From: Williopsis jadinii
Taxonomy: Eukaryota
Direction of reading: 5' to 3'
Length of the DNA: 64,000 nucleotides
Assembly (NCBI GenBank): GCA_024346625.1
Contig: AP024664.1
Coordinates: 682,001-746,000, forward strand
Shown here: piece by piece, positions 1 to 10,988 of the stretch
How the letters are laid out: each line of letters opens with the position of its first letter
Position numbering within the stretch: the first letter of the stretch is position 1
Notes under the pieces: model-generated
What the model saw: the letters and a program-made list of their open reading frames with translations, nothing else
Told to the model about the DNA's origin: nothing
The model's database searches: none
Translations under genes and position numbers: made by a program

Positions 1-1755
1 ATTGCTCAAGAACTGCTGCGGAATTGTTAAAACACGGTCTTCATGCGTAGGGGATTCGTCTCCACTTGCAACGTTTTCAATGGCAAAGTTAGTACCCAAG
101 AGATGGCTGCTGATGGGCAAGTTTCTGAGATTTCTCATCGGCAGTGCTTGTCTTAACCTATTTGTTGTTGTCGAGATATCACTCTCATAATCACTCTCCT
201 CCGGTTTGACAAGTTTCTGTTGGACGGTGTTGTAGCTCTTGCAATTGTCACACTTCAGACCAAGGACATGGTATCGACATTGCGATTTCGCATTACAATC
301 GTTACAAGTGATCACACATGTCCAATTGCAGTACGGTTCTGGTAATGGTTGTAGAGATATCTCCATGTCTAGAACTCTGAACTGTGCCTCCATATTCAAA
401 ACAGTCTTTTGACACGATGGACACTTGTAGGAATGCTTTGAGTGCTCATCAAAACAACTTTGATGTATTGCATGTCCACATAACATGAAAACAACTGGTC
501 TTGTAGATGTGAACATGTATTCTCCACATATTGGACAATCTGATTGAGTAGCACGTTCAATACACTTATGATCATCTTGCAATTCAATTGAGAGACAGGC
601 ATTACAGCCTTGACAGTGGAAGAAGTCTTGACCAAGGCCTAGCCCTAACCGACAGATGCCACAGTCATCACAGTGGTAGATATCCTTTAACTCATCATCG
701 TCATATAGCTTACATTTGTCACAGAAATAATGCGCAAACTGTACATCACAGGCTTCACAGAATTGCGATGGATGTTGAACAGTGGAGCAGTGCATACACA
801 TGACATGTCTAGTCTTCTCCCTCTTGAATTTGTGAGTAGGCACCTGTTCATCGTGGCATTTGGGACACGTAAACCACTGCTTACAAGTAGGACACTCCAT
901 CTTACAGTGTCGTTGATAGTGTGCGCACCCAAATGTCTCTTCATTATCATCGTGGAAAGTTGGTTCCTTATCATCCTCATTGATCAGCACAAGATCATCA
1001 TCATCGTGCTCATCGCCATCATCCGCATCATAGTGTTCAGACCCGACATCTTCACTCCTCTTGGAAGCAGTTTTCGTATTGATGTGGAATATTTCATCAC
1101 CGTTCTCATCCAAGAATTTCACTTTATCGTAATGAGCTCCCATCATCAATTTTTGAACAAGCCTGTTTTTAACCTCATCAGTAGCATCAAGTCCCCTAAT
1201 CTGCATAATCCGATCTCTCAGCAGGGTTTCGTCCTTCTTTTGACCTTCAGTTAACTTCGTCAGGTTATTGTCCTTGAGCGTATGCCTTCTCTTACGCCTT
1301 TTGGGTATCTTATCCTGCGGTATAATCACCTGGTCTAGCAAGTGAGTCTCCTTGGGCTCTGTAGCCTTATGAATCACATACGGCTCTGCCTCGGCCTGCT
1401 GCTCATCGTCGGTGGTATCAACGTTATTGGCTATTGCCTCATCGACCTGGCTCTCTAGTATCGTTCTTATGGTCTGAAACCTATCCAGCGCGCTCTGCAA
1501 AGAGAATCCACTCTTCAAATCGTCGATAAGGTTGGCCAGCTGTTCACGTCTTGACAACGTTTCGAGAGCAACGTCCGGCTCCTTGCGTGAGGTTGGCCAT
1601 GAGAAGGATGGCATCCTCAACATTGCAAAAGAGCCAATGCCGTTCAGCTGTTGATCCAAGGAGTTGACTGAGTCAGACTCGGACCCAGAATCCAGGTCCG
1701 CCTCTGAGCCACTCAGATACGCGTCGTCATCGGTCTGTACGTCCATAACGGCCAT
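1..1755 (-). CDS. CHY zinc finger / CTCHY / RING-H2 / zinc-ribbon E3 ligase, Pirh2(RCHY1)-like; 3'-truncated by window edge
   Basis: Manual translation from ATG at 1755 (MAVMDVQTDD...) stays open to base 1. It contains GCAHYQRHCKMECPTCKQWFTCPKCHDE (CHY), YHCDDCGICRLG, CPICGEYMF...CGHAIHQSCF...YKCPSC (RING-H2) and CNDCNAKSQCRYHVLGLKCDNCKSYNT. Not in the ORF track, apparently because it has no stop inside the window. Confidence 0.9.
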   Translation of the reverse strand, partial: MAVMDVQTDDDAYLSGSEADLDSGSESDSVNSLDQQLNGIGSFAMLRMPSFSWPTSRKEPDVALETLSRREQLANLIDDLKSGFSLQSALDRFQTIRTILESQVDEAIANNVDTTDDEQQAEAEPYVIHKATEPKETHLLDQVIIPQDKIPKRRKRRHTLKDNNLTKLTEGQKKDETLLRDRIMQIRGLDATDEVKNRLVQKLMMGAHYDKVKFLDENGDEIFHINTKTASKRSEDVGSEHYDADDGDEHDDDDLVLINEDDKEPTFHDDNEETFGCAHYQRHCKMECPTCKQWFTCPKCHDEQVPTHKFKREKTRHVMCMHCSTVQHPSQFCEACDVQFAHYFCDKCKLYDDDELKDIYHCDDCGICRLGLGLGQDFFHCQGCNACLSIELQDDHKCIERATQSDCPICGEYMFTSTRPVVFMLCGHAIHQSCFDEHSKHSYKCPSCQKTVLNMEAQFRVLDMEISLQPLPEPYCNWTCVITCNDCNAKSQCRYHVLGLKCDNCKSYNTVQQKLVKPEESDYESDISTTTNRLRQALPMRNLRNLPISSHLLGTNFAIENVASGDESPTHEDRVLTIPQQFLSN

Positions 1756-2285
1756 CCTTCAATGCGAACACCGCGCTGTAGACGACTATCAGAGAGTAAA
1801 CAAATGGTCAAATCACCCAATATGAACTGGGCCTGGGTAGCGGATATTGAAACGTGCGCTGAAATCCGAGGGCGAGATGGCCTCGGATCTCTCTCGTATG
1901 GCAGCCAGAGCAGTGCTCAGCAGGGGCCATTGGGTGTTCAGAGAGGGCTACAGTGTATTGATGGTGAGTTCATTGATAGTCAGGATGCTACGTGTAAGCT
2001 ACTGAGACGGCACCTGTTTCAATTGGGAGGTATAGTGCTGTTCCCAGGCGTGAACCCGGGGGTGGTGATGAGGCAGAGGGTGGTGCGATAGGCTCGGATG
2101 TTAGCAGAGCTTCCAGCGTAAGTTTCAGAACAGCAGCGTAATTGTCATACTGATGACGTTGTGCTTACACCACCAAGCCCAGAACAGTGCGCAGTATCAA
2201 AACAAAGGAATACACACACACACACACCTTGTCGTTCAACATTGAGGAGCTTTATCACCTGTTCAGACCGACTAATCGCGATACA

Positions 2286-3026
2286 ATGGCGCTGAACGTA
2301 CTGAGCTTCATCAACTTCCAAGGAATCAAAGCGGATTTGTTGTCCAAGAACTTCAGGTGAGTCACTTTCAGGGCTCTCTCCCGCCCCCACAGAACACACA
2401 CTCTCTCAAGGTGGTGGCCTCCTGTGGTTCCGTTCCGTGCTGGTGAACAGAGTACTAACGAGTACATTTTAGCGTTTATGGACAATGGTAAGTTCAACTT
2501 CGATGTCAGCTCATACTAGCGGATGTGGTACTAACACGCGTGGCGTCTAAAGGAATGGTCTTCTCTGTGTCATTCTCTGCCTGGCACTCGGTATTGCAAA
2601 TCTGTTTCATGTTAACGCTGTGATTGTGTTTGGTATCATCGCGATGTAAGTATCCTGTGCTGTTTCCCCAGCCTATGAAGACAGTTCTAACACGGTGATA
2701 GAGTACAAGGGCTGGTTCTTCTCTTTGTCGAGATCCCATTTCTCCTCAAGATCTGTCCAATGTCCGATAATTTCAATGCCTTTATCAAAAGATTCAACCA
2801 GAATTGGCCAAGAGCCATCTTCTACTTGGGAATGTCCGTCATCCAATGGTGCTCGCTCATTCTGATGACAACGTCTTTGATTGTGCCTGCTATCTTCCTC
2901 CTATTCAGTGCCATCTTCTACGCATTGGCTGCTATGAAGCATCAACAGTTCCAGAACTCTGCAGGCAATGTCATGCACACTGCTGAAACCTTTCCAACTG
3001 ATGCTGCGATCAGAGAGATCTTGTAA
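2286..3026 (+). CDS. TVP18: Golgi membrane protein Tvp18; exons 2286-2356, 2473-2487, 2553-2645, 2702-3026
   Basis: Three introns: GTGAGT..TACTAAC..TAG, GTAAGT..TACTAAC..AAG, GTAAGT..TTCTAAC..TAG. Splicing gives a 167 aa protein MALNVLSFINFQGIKADLLSKNFSVYGQWNGLLCVILCLALGIANLFHV...EIPFLLKICPMSDNF...REIL, colinear with yeast Tvp18. Confidence 0.92.
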
Positions 3027-3403
3027 TTCTATCATAGTCTCTCTTCATCTTTTTTTTTCTCTAATGATTGATTCATTCCCTTTTAAACAGATGGTGTTGT
3101 AAAAGTCTTATCTTGTTATTAGTAACTACACAAGATGTACATGGTATATACAATCAGTATATATGTCTTCTTCTCGTTTAGTTATACAACCAGTACGATA
3201 TAGTTGTTTGCTCCCCCAAAATTTTGATAATGCAATAAATGTATATGAAAGGAATGTGAATCTGATCAATACGATTCTTCTTCAATGAGATCAATATTTC
3301 TTGTTCTTGGTCTTCTCTCCCGTACGTGGATTCCTTTGTATGCCGATGTTCTCAGGTATGATGGAATTGAATTGAAAGCACGAGTTGTGATAAAAGAGCT
3401 TTG

Positions 3404-5053
3404 TCATATATCACGACCGTGTAGTTTCCTCTGATGAGCCTTCATGTTATCTGCTCTGTTAAACTTTTTACCACATTCATCGCATTCGAAAGGTTTCTCA
3501 CTGGAATGGGATCTCATATGTCTCTTCAAATGTTCTGGTCTTTGGAATATACCACCGCAGAGCGGACATTGATGAGGTTTTTTGCCATCAGATGAGATGT
3601 CCGTCGCTGATTGTGACTTGGCAAGACGTTTCCTTGGAACCAATATGTCGTACTTGGTGATCTCTGGAGGTGCAACGTGGGTAGTGAGGTCGATAGTAGA
3701 ATGAGATCTCGAGAGGTGAGTCGCTAAAGGTTGCGAAATCTTTGGCAACTGGTTAGGAGGCCGTTGAACAGTTCTTTCGTTATTCTTTCTAGTTGATGAA
3801 GACGAGTAACGTTTTTCGTGCTGTGGATTGGAATCTTGACGATAGTGACGACGATGCTGTTGAGTTTGCTGTTGAGTTTGCTGCTGAGTTTGCTGTTGAG
3901 TTTGCTGTTGATGTTGCTGCAATTGCTGCTGCTGCTGTTGATGTTGCTGTTCCAGTTGATGCTTATGCTGTTGGTATCTCTGCTGATGAACTTGCTGATC
4001 AATATAGGACTGTGAAGGGTCTCCAGGAAACTCGGGAATCACCTGTGGAACAGCAGACTCGGATAAACTTGGATCTGAAAGGAACGATGGTGGATCTTCG
4101 AGCTGAACACCAAGATGCTGTCCAGCAATCTGCAATGATAAGTTGGCTGCTGTAGCGTAATCCTGATGATGAAGCATCATTGGATAAACAGACGATAAGG
4201 GTTCATGCTGTAAGATTTCTTCGTCCTGGTATATGCTTGGTGTCATCGACGCCGTTGACACTGGAGATGCAACTCTTGGGGAGTTATTCGACGATGGGAT
4301 GTAGAAAGGGTTACAGCGTGGAGATCTGCCTTCATGGGTTTCAGTGATGATAGCTGCGGCACCTGAAGCATCCAGAGAAAGACGGGAACGTGTTCTTCGG
4401 TGAGATTTGGTGATACGAGACGGCGTCTGTCTCAGCAGAGGTGAATTCGAGTTCACTGTTGAAGAACGACGGCGTGAACCCGACCGCATAGGCGTGGAAA
4501 GTAGTTGAGATGACGATGGTGTAATCGACACTGTTTGACGTTGCTGTGAAGATGTGGATGCCACTGCCGGCTTCCTCTCCACTTGCCCATACTGAGGCAC
4601 AAACCCGCTGTTTTCAGGGTAGGACCCCAACATTGGTGTACTATCATTGTTGTCCATGGTGCTAATTATAGTTGATTCAATAGGAGGCATGTTTTCAGCA
4701 TACACCTGACCATATTCTGCGATTCCATATGGATTCTGCCCTTGCAGTTGTTCTTGCTGCTGCTGCTGCTGTGGTTGCTGATAAGGATAACCATCATCGA
4801 GTGCCACACTGTTCCCTGACGGTGTTGGGTACCGTACCACGCCAACGTCAAAGAACGTGTTTGAAGATATCGGCACCATCTCCTCGTCAAAGCCTTCGTG
4901 TTTAACAAAGATCCCCGGCGCATCATCGGCATCGTTCTTCGCCAGATCGCCACCTCTGTCGAAGGCGAGCTCCTCCACCAAAGGGTGCTTCATCGGCGAG
5001 AGCTCAAACATCGGCGTTGGTGATCTATGCGGGCGTAATGGTGGTGAACTCAT
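3404..5053 (-). CDS. Gln-rich transcription factor with two C-terminal C2H2 zinc fingers, Cas5-like
   Basis: [50 protein letters not shown] resembles the Candida Cas5 fingers; poly-Q tracts; first ATG at 5053 (the track begins at an upstream GTG). Confidence 0.85.
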   Translation of the reverse strand: MSSPPLRPHRSPTPMFELSPMKHPLVEELAFDRGGDLAKNDADDAPGIFVKHEGFDEEMVPISSNTFFDVGVVRYPTPSGNSVALDDGYPYQQPQQQQQQEQLQGQNPYGIAEYGQVYAENMPPIESTIISTMDNNDSTPMLGSYPENSGFVPQYGQVERKPAVASTSSQQRQTVSITPSSSQLLSTPMRSGSRRRSSTVNSNSPLLRQTPSRITKSHRRTRSRLSLDASGAAAIITETHEGRSPRCNPFYIPSSNNSPRVASPVSTASMTPSIYQDEEILQHEPLSSVYPMMLHHQDYATAANLSLQIAGQHLGVQLEDPPSFLSDPSLSESAVPQVIPEFPGDPSQSYIDQQVHQQRYQQHKHQLEQQHQQQQQQLQQHQQQTQQQTQQQTQQQTQQHRRHYRQDSNPQHEKRYSSSSTRKNNERTVQRPPNQLPKISQPLATHLSRSHSTIDLTTHVAPPEITKYDILVPRKRLAKSQSATDISSDGKKPHQCPLCGGIFQRPEHLKRHMRSHSSEKPFECDECGKKFNRADNMKAHQRKLHGRDI

Positions 5054-5513
5054 CAGAACGATCAGAGCCACTCTAACAGTCAGAGAATGGACAACAGATC
5101 AGAGACCACAGGCTGCGAGATGCTGAAAGGAAAAGGTCTGAAGAGGACACGCACACACAGCTGAACCTGGAAGGCGAGGAAAGTGAAGACAAAGCCCCTG
5201 TTCCGTTCTATGTGATACGTCGCACACCGTCGAGTGAGAGTAAAGAGTGAAATCCTCAGAGGCCAATCTTCCCTATGAAGAAAAAACACCGAAAATTTGG
5301 TAATAAAAGGCACGCACGATACAACGACCAGTTCAATTAAGAGTGAAATGGCACGAGATGACCGCAGTTACACACACAGCACGACAGGCCTCACAGTGAC
5401 TCGCTCAGACACACTGAATTGCACAACGAATTATAACACAACGCGCTGCAGACAAAGAGGAAAAAGGAAAAAAAAAACGTTACAAGGAGGAAAAGCGACG
5501 AAATCCAGCGGGC

Positions 5514-5555
5514 CAGTTCTAGGCGGACAGTTCTAGGCGGACAGTTCTAGGCGGA
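5514..5555. repeat. 3 x 14 bp tandem repeat CAGTTCTAGGCGGA
   Basis: Three perfect copies read directly. Confidence 0.95.
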
Positions 5556-7239
5556 CGGGCAGGCAGACGGGCAGACCACCACTTTCTACGCAAAGTACAC
5601 AGCACGCCATAAGGAGAAAAGGGCCTCGTAAACGACGGCTCGTGGGCCTACAGCGAGGCCAGGCAGGCCTGGTGGGCTCCACCATCGCCCAGTCGCCGCA
5701 ACTGACGTTTGCTTCTCGTTTGCTCCCTCTGCTATGCGCCTTCTCGTCCCAACAGCATGTGCTGCCCAACCGTGGGACAACCAGATTGCGCCCAGCGTCT
5801 TTGCAAGATTTGGCGGGAGCAGAGAGGCCGCTACCGCACACTGGGGGAGGGGGCGGTGGTGGTGTGTGAGTGCGTGTGCGTGCGTAGTTAACGAGTCAAT
5901 CAACCTTTGCTACGATCTAAATTTATCCAGTGGGCTGTTTTTTTCGGGACATATGGGTAGCAAGACAAAGTGGATCAGTCGCAGTGCGATGAGCGTTGGA
6001 ACCATGGAAACAAACGCATAATTAAATCGAAAATGGGAGGAAAAGAGCAGAGAAATTATGAACTAAATTTAGTGCAGCCAATAGATTAAATTTGGCGTTT
6101 TGGCCCTCTCCCTCTGCGTGTCGAGGTGAATTCTGCAAGGTCCTGGGAGAGATGGTGCTGAGCCTTCTGCGTTTGGCGAAAATGTTCTAGGTGGCTGTCG
6201 CCTTTGGGACGATGGTGACATGACGAGACGGGCACAACACGGTTGAAGGACGGTGTTGTTCGACAACAGCACGCATTGTAAGATCGAGATCGCAGTTCGC
6301 AACTTGTGAAATTATACGAAGTGCAATGGGTCGAAGCAGGAGGTTGCATTAAGGTTTTCGTTCTACGAAGCAGTCAGTGCCTACTCACGATGATCTGTGG
6401 GGTTGCAACGGTATAGGCGAAGAGGACTCGAGGAGAAATAATAAAGCATGCTGATTATTATATACAACCGTTGTAGATTGGATCGACGTGCTTTAGCCTT
6501 AGTGGTTGTAGTAGCCGGTTAATTGAGTTTTTAATATCAGGCTGTGAGGCTGCGCATGTATATTCCGGAAGCACTGGGCTGGAGAAGGCAGCGAGCGAGG
6601 GGGGCCGGGAGGCCACAGTAGAGGGAAACAACCCTTTCATGGAGTGTAAATGTGAGGAATTACAGTGTGGAGATGACTAAGACGGTCATTCAGGGGTGTG
6701 AATAATCGCCTATTTGATGGATTGATCAAAATATGACCAGCTGATAGATACAGCCTTCTTTCTTTCCTTCTTTCTTTTTTTTGCCTCGCAAGGCCCAGTG
6801 TTTTTTTTGCTTTCACCTTGAAATGTCTTGAGGGTGTGAAACATCCTTTGGAAGGCTTTCTTGGGTGTAAAACTAGAGAAACTCTGGATCACCATGTCTT
6901 GACTAAGGTCCTGGCCAGCTGTTATCGTTGTGATTAGCGGAAGAATTGAATCACCAGAGCGTGGTACATTTTCCGGCAATTACAAATGTCCAAACGACAA
7001 AAGTCACCCAAACACCACCTGCATCTACTTCCAACCACCACTGCGCTGGATTTTGATCTAATTACAAAAACATTGAACCCAGTACATCATCCACTTTACT
7101 CCTATACAGCACACACAGAAAGCCCTTACTGTAACCCGCCCTCTATCCATAATTTCGCACGTTAGCTAAGACTCTTCATTCTCCCAGCGTAAGCCTTCTT
7201 GTCTTGCCCTTTAAATTGCCTTGTCTCAGAACAAAAATG

Positions 7240-7413
7240 CGAAATTTCGTGACGCACATCATGAAACAAATTTTCGTGACGCGTTTGCAGCCTCGCAGAT
7301 TTTGGCGTAATTCTCCTTCCTGATTCGGGCATAATGACGCTTGTGAAAACTCTGCCACAGAAATCGTGCGTCGGGGATGTCTTTTTGTCTCTCGTGTGTC
7401 TATTTTGTGTCAC
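7240..7413. promoter_or_regulatory. SCB/MCB-like and MSE-like elements upstream of the 7524 ORF
   Basis: TTTCGTG twice (~7244, ~7272), ACGCGT (~7279), TATTTTGTGTCAC at 7401-7413 (reverse complement GTGACACAAAATA, Ndt80/Sum1 MSE-like). Confidence 0.45.
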
Positions 7414-7523
7414 CTGTTTTGAACAACCTCTTTGGACAGAGGAAGGGAATACGAACCCGTTTTCACTCCTCTTGAGAAACACAGAGTACCGTGCTGGTGG
7501 CGAATAGAACAGTGGACGGTACA

Positions 7524-8648
7524 ATGGAAGCTGTGCCGTTATTCTCAGAGCGAAATGGCCATACCAGGATGAGCTTCGAAAACTATGCAAACGTCTTAGC
7601 CGACACCCAGCATGACCTGGATGGAAAGATCTTGAAAGAGAAGCGACAAGCCAGGCCTGTTCTCAGTCCCAAGTCTCTCAATGACGATTCCGCAGCGATG
7701 TTCACGCCAGCAGCCTCCAAGGTCTTGAGTCATGAATTGGTGTCGTTGGACTCAGTCGTACAGGAGACGGCGGTAAAGATGAAGAGAAGACACCATTGGT
7801 TTCAAAGGCTCAAATTGCCAATGTTTAGAAAGCAAAAGGATGAGACACAGCACGGTGATTCCCATCTCCTAACGAGCAGCAAGCAGCAGCTAGGCGAATT
7901 CAGCTGCTATAATGAATACAAGACCAATATAGAGCAAATGTTTGACGAGTTTTCCACCTCAAGGTTCAGAGACGACGTCCAGATACCACTCTTTTCCCCA
8001 ATTCACGCATTGGAGCTGGATCAGTTGGAGCAGTTGGCGGCAGAGGTGTTTGGAATGCCATCACTACTCGACTCGAGCGATTCTGAATCGATTCGTACGG
8101 CGGAGGACATCAATAAAGCGCAGTCCCCTCTGTTGGACTGCGTGCCTGAGTTGAAAAGCATTCTGCCAAATCTGAAATACGCTCCAATCACCAGCGCAAT
8201 ATCGACAAGCTCTACTCGTTCCAATGCGGAAAACTATGTGCCATTCACAAGTTCCGTGCAAAGCTCCAAAGAGTTGGTGTTGACGGCTCTGACTGAAGGC
8301 CCCAAGCCCTCCTCATCCGTCTACAGTGCTGTTAAAAGCGTATCAGACCCTCATGCTGGACATGGACTCATCGCTGAAGATAAAGAAGAAACGCCACTCT
8401 CCAGCATCGTTTCATCAGAAGCTCTGATATCATCTGGAATCTCAAATTTACTCATGTCAAGTTCTCCAGATGCCAATCTGTTATCACCAGGTTCCCAAGG
8501 CAACAGGTCAATTACCGGGAGCAGCAAGTACATAAAGGGTACCAGCATTGCGCTTCTCCATCACAACGAAAGAATCCAAAATTGGTTGCATCACTCAAAC
8601 TCGTTCCCTCTAGGGAAGAATCGGAAGCAGCGTCACAGACCAGAGTAA
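7524..8648 (+). CDS. Hypothetical Ser-rich protein (~374 aa)
   Basis: Long ORF from the first ATG at 7524, convergent with MDH1; no domain recognised. Confidence 0.7.
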   Translation: MEAVPLFSERNGHTRMSFENYANVLADTQHDLDGKILKEKRQARPVLSPKSLNDDSAAMFTPAASKVLSHELVSLDSVVQETAVKMKRRHHWFQRLKLPMFRKQKDETQHGDSHLLTSSKQQLGEFSCYNEYKTNIEQMFDEFSTSRFRDDVQIPLFSPIHALELDQLEQLAAEVFGMPSLLDSSDSESIRTAEDINKAQSPLLDCVPELKSILPNLKYAPITSAISTSSTRSNAENYVPFTSSVQSSKELVLTALTEGPKPSSSVYSAVKSVSDPHAGHGLIAEDKEETPLSSIVSSEALISSGISNLLMSSSPDANLLSPGSQGNRSITGSSKYIKGTSIALLHHNERIQNWLHHSNSFPLGKNRKQRHRPE

Positions 8649-8840
8649 CCAGTGTCAAATTCTCTACACTGTCTTCATGATTGGAAAGAATAAATATGTA
8701 TCAGATTTAAGCCAAGTAATGAGTAAGGCCCATTAATAAATAATCTATGTACACATCATGGTATCAAATCACAACGGTGAAAGCTCCATGAAATGATAAT
8801 AAACAAATAGTCTTACTCAAATCTCAGTGGATTCTCCAGC

Positions 8841-9857
8841 TTACTTGGATTGAGCAACGAAGTTGGCACCCTTGGCGATGTTCTTCTTCAAGGTCTCCTT
8901 GGCAACAGCAATCATCTCATCCTCGTAGTCAGCAAGCTCACCAAGAGCGTGGATGTGCTCGACACCGTTTGGACCCAAGGTGACGTTGGTGGCGAAGAAG
9001 TCGATACCCTCAGAGGCAAAGACTGGGTTCTCGATGAAAGTTGGCTCGATGACATCCTTCTCACCGTCGAAACCCTTCAAGACGGAACCAGCGAAACGGG
9101 CACCGGCTTGGGCCATAGACAAAGTGGCGGAACCAGCACCGTTCTTAGCCTGGACAACCTCATCACCACCGAATTGGATTCTGTGGGTCAAAGCCTCACG
9201 GGCCTCCTTGTTGCTCTCCAATACGCTCTTGTGCTTGGTTTGGGAGAGCAATGGGACAATGGTCAAACCGGAGTGACCACCGACAACGGTGACCTTCTCG
9301 GTGGTTGGGTCAGTGTTGACAACCTCGGAGAGGAAACGGGAAGAACGCAAAACGTCCAAGGTGGTGACACCGAACAACTTCTTCTTGTTGTAGACACCCT
9401 TGGCCTTGAGCACCTCACGGACAATTGGCACGGTGGAGTTGACTGGGTTGGAGATCACCAAGACAGCGGCGTTTGGGGCGTGGTCAGCAATGGCGGAGGC
9501 CAAGTCTCTGACGATACCAGCGTTGATGTTGAACAAGTCATCACGGGTCATACCTGGCTTTCTTGGAACACCAGCTGGGATCAAAACAACGTCGGCACCG
9601 GTCAACGCCTTCTCCAAGCCACCTTCCTCATCTGGAGTGAAACCTTGGACAACAGAGTTGGTTGGGACGTGGGACACGTCCGCAGCAACACCCTTGGCAC
9701 CCTTAAGATCGTACAAGTTGAGGCCAGTGACTCTGTGGTTGAGCTTCAACAAGAGCGACAATGGCTGACCAATACCACCGGCAGCACCGAGAACGGTCAC
9801 CTTGTATGGGTTAGCAGCAGTGGAGGAGAAGGATCTTCTGGCAATGTTTCTGAGCAT
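8841..9857 (-). CDS. MDH1: Mitochondrial malate dehydrogenase
   Basis: Presequence [57 protein letters not shown]; strong codon bias. Confidence 0.97.
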   Translation of the reverse strand: MLRNIARRSFSSTAANPYKVTVLGAAGGIGQPLSLLLKLNHRVTGLNLYDLKGAKGVAADVSHVPTNSVVQGFTPDEEGGLEKALTGADVVLIPAGVPRKPGMTRDDLFNINAGIVRDLASAIADHAPNAAVLVISNPVNSTVPIVREVLKAKGVYNKKKLFGVTTLDVLRSSRFLSEVVNTDPTTEKVTVVGGHSGLTIVPLLSQTKHKSVLESNKEAREALTHRIQFGGDEVVQAKNGAGSATLSMAQAGARFAGSVLKGFDGEKDVIEPTFIENPVFASEGIDFFATNVTLGPNGVEHIHALGELADYEDEMIAVAKETLKKNIAKGANFVAQSK

Positions 9858-10322
9858 CGTTATCTGTGTATAAGTGTATAGGGCGTTGTTAAACCAAAAA
9901 GGCGGCAATCAAATTCAATTGAAGCAAGAAAGATGGTTTATAGAGGCCAAAACTAACCAGAGAAGGAGAGGAGGAAGAGAAAGAGAAATCCCTTCAGTTT
10001 TATAAAAGAACAGAGGGAAAAATTTAGGATCCACAACGCATCGACAGTTGGCAGCTTATTGAGCACTCAACAGAAAAAGTGCATGACCTCTGTGGCCCGT
10101 GGCCAATTCTTCCCTAGCGGCTCTTCCTTATTTCCCCGTACAATTCGTGATCGCGGTTACGTAATCGGAGTATGGGCGCTTATGTAATATGTGGCTCGCG
10201 CAGCCAATCAAGAGGCATCGTTGCTGGGGTCAACGAGATCAACGGAGCCGGGCTCTCTTTTGTGCGCGATCATCTCGGTAAGGAGCTGCCGGCGCACACA
10301 GACGTTGGCGTTGTTTCGCGAA

Positions 10323-10324
<2 letters not shown>

Positions 10325-10364
<40 letters not shown>
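10325..10364. repeat. (TGTC)n microsatellite
   Basis: About 10 consecutive TGTC units. Confidence 0.95.
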
Positions 10365-10498
10365 CGCTTGTCTTTGAGCGTTGTCGACGAGTGGGCGTAC
10401 CAGGGCTGTCGGACGGGACAAGAGCCCTTGGTGGGTTATCGATGGTTGTCCTCGCGCCAGATCTGAGCGTACGTTGTTGCGTCTGGTGTACACACACA

Positions 10499-10543
10499 TG
10501 AGGTTTACATGAGGTTTACGTGAGGTCTACGTGAGGTTCCGTG
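10499..10543. repeat. 4 x ~11 bp degenerate tandem repeat TGAGGTTTACR
   Basis: tgaggtttaca tgaggtttacg tgaggtctacg tgaggttccg. Confidence 0.85.
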
Positions 10544-10988
10544 TAGTGGCCTGGCGCTGTGGTGAGGGCTGGCACACCACGGTGGCAGCACACAGGCAAG
10601 TGGGCTCTGTTCTGGAAGCCACGGACTGTGCACCGTGGCAAGGAATCTGCCCGTATGTTGCGCGCTGCTATTGAGCCTGTACGGATCCGATGTTGGCATG
10701 GATTTACACCCGCGAAGGACTCTTCTTCAGGAGCTTTGGGGCGTGCGCTACAGTTCATCGTTAGGCAAAGCATCAACGAGGGCATGGCTGAAACATAAAG
10801 TAAACGGGACCTGCATTATAATTATAATAAAAAACATCAGTGAAAACAACAACTATTTGTCTCTAGCTCTAGAACGATGTAGAGAGAGATGCACGAGCAT
10901 AGGAATGGTGATATTTGATCAACAAGACACAACGAGATTGTTGATCATATAGAAAGCCCAATGCACAGTCTAAGCGCCTTGCGGCAGC

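Noticed and set aside
8817..8850. MDH1 ends in ..SK, suggesting a cryptic peroxisomal PTS1 by readthrough
   Set aside because: The stop is TAA followed by GCT, not a TGA-CTA readthrough context, and the extension (AGESTEI) does not end in an SKL-like signal.
8850..9881. 343 aa ORF antisense to MDH1 (similarly 11460-12323 antisense to PHO89)
   Set aside because: Mirror-frame ORFs are expected opposite strongly codon-biased genes; no motifs and no independent signals.
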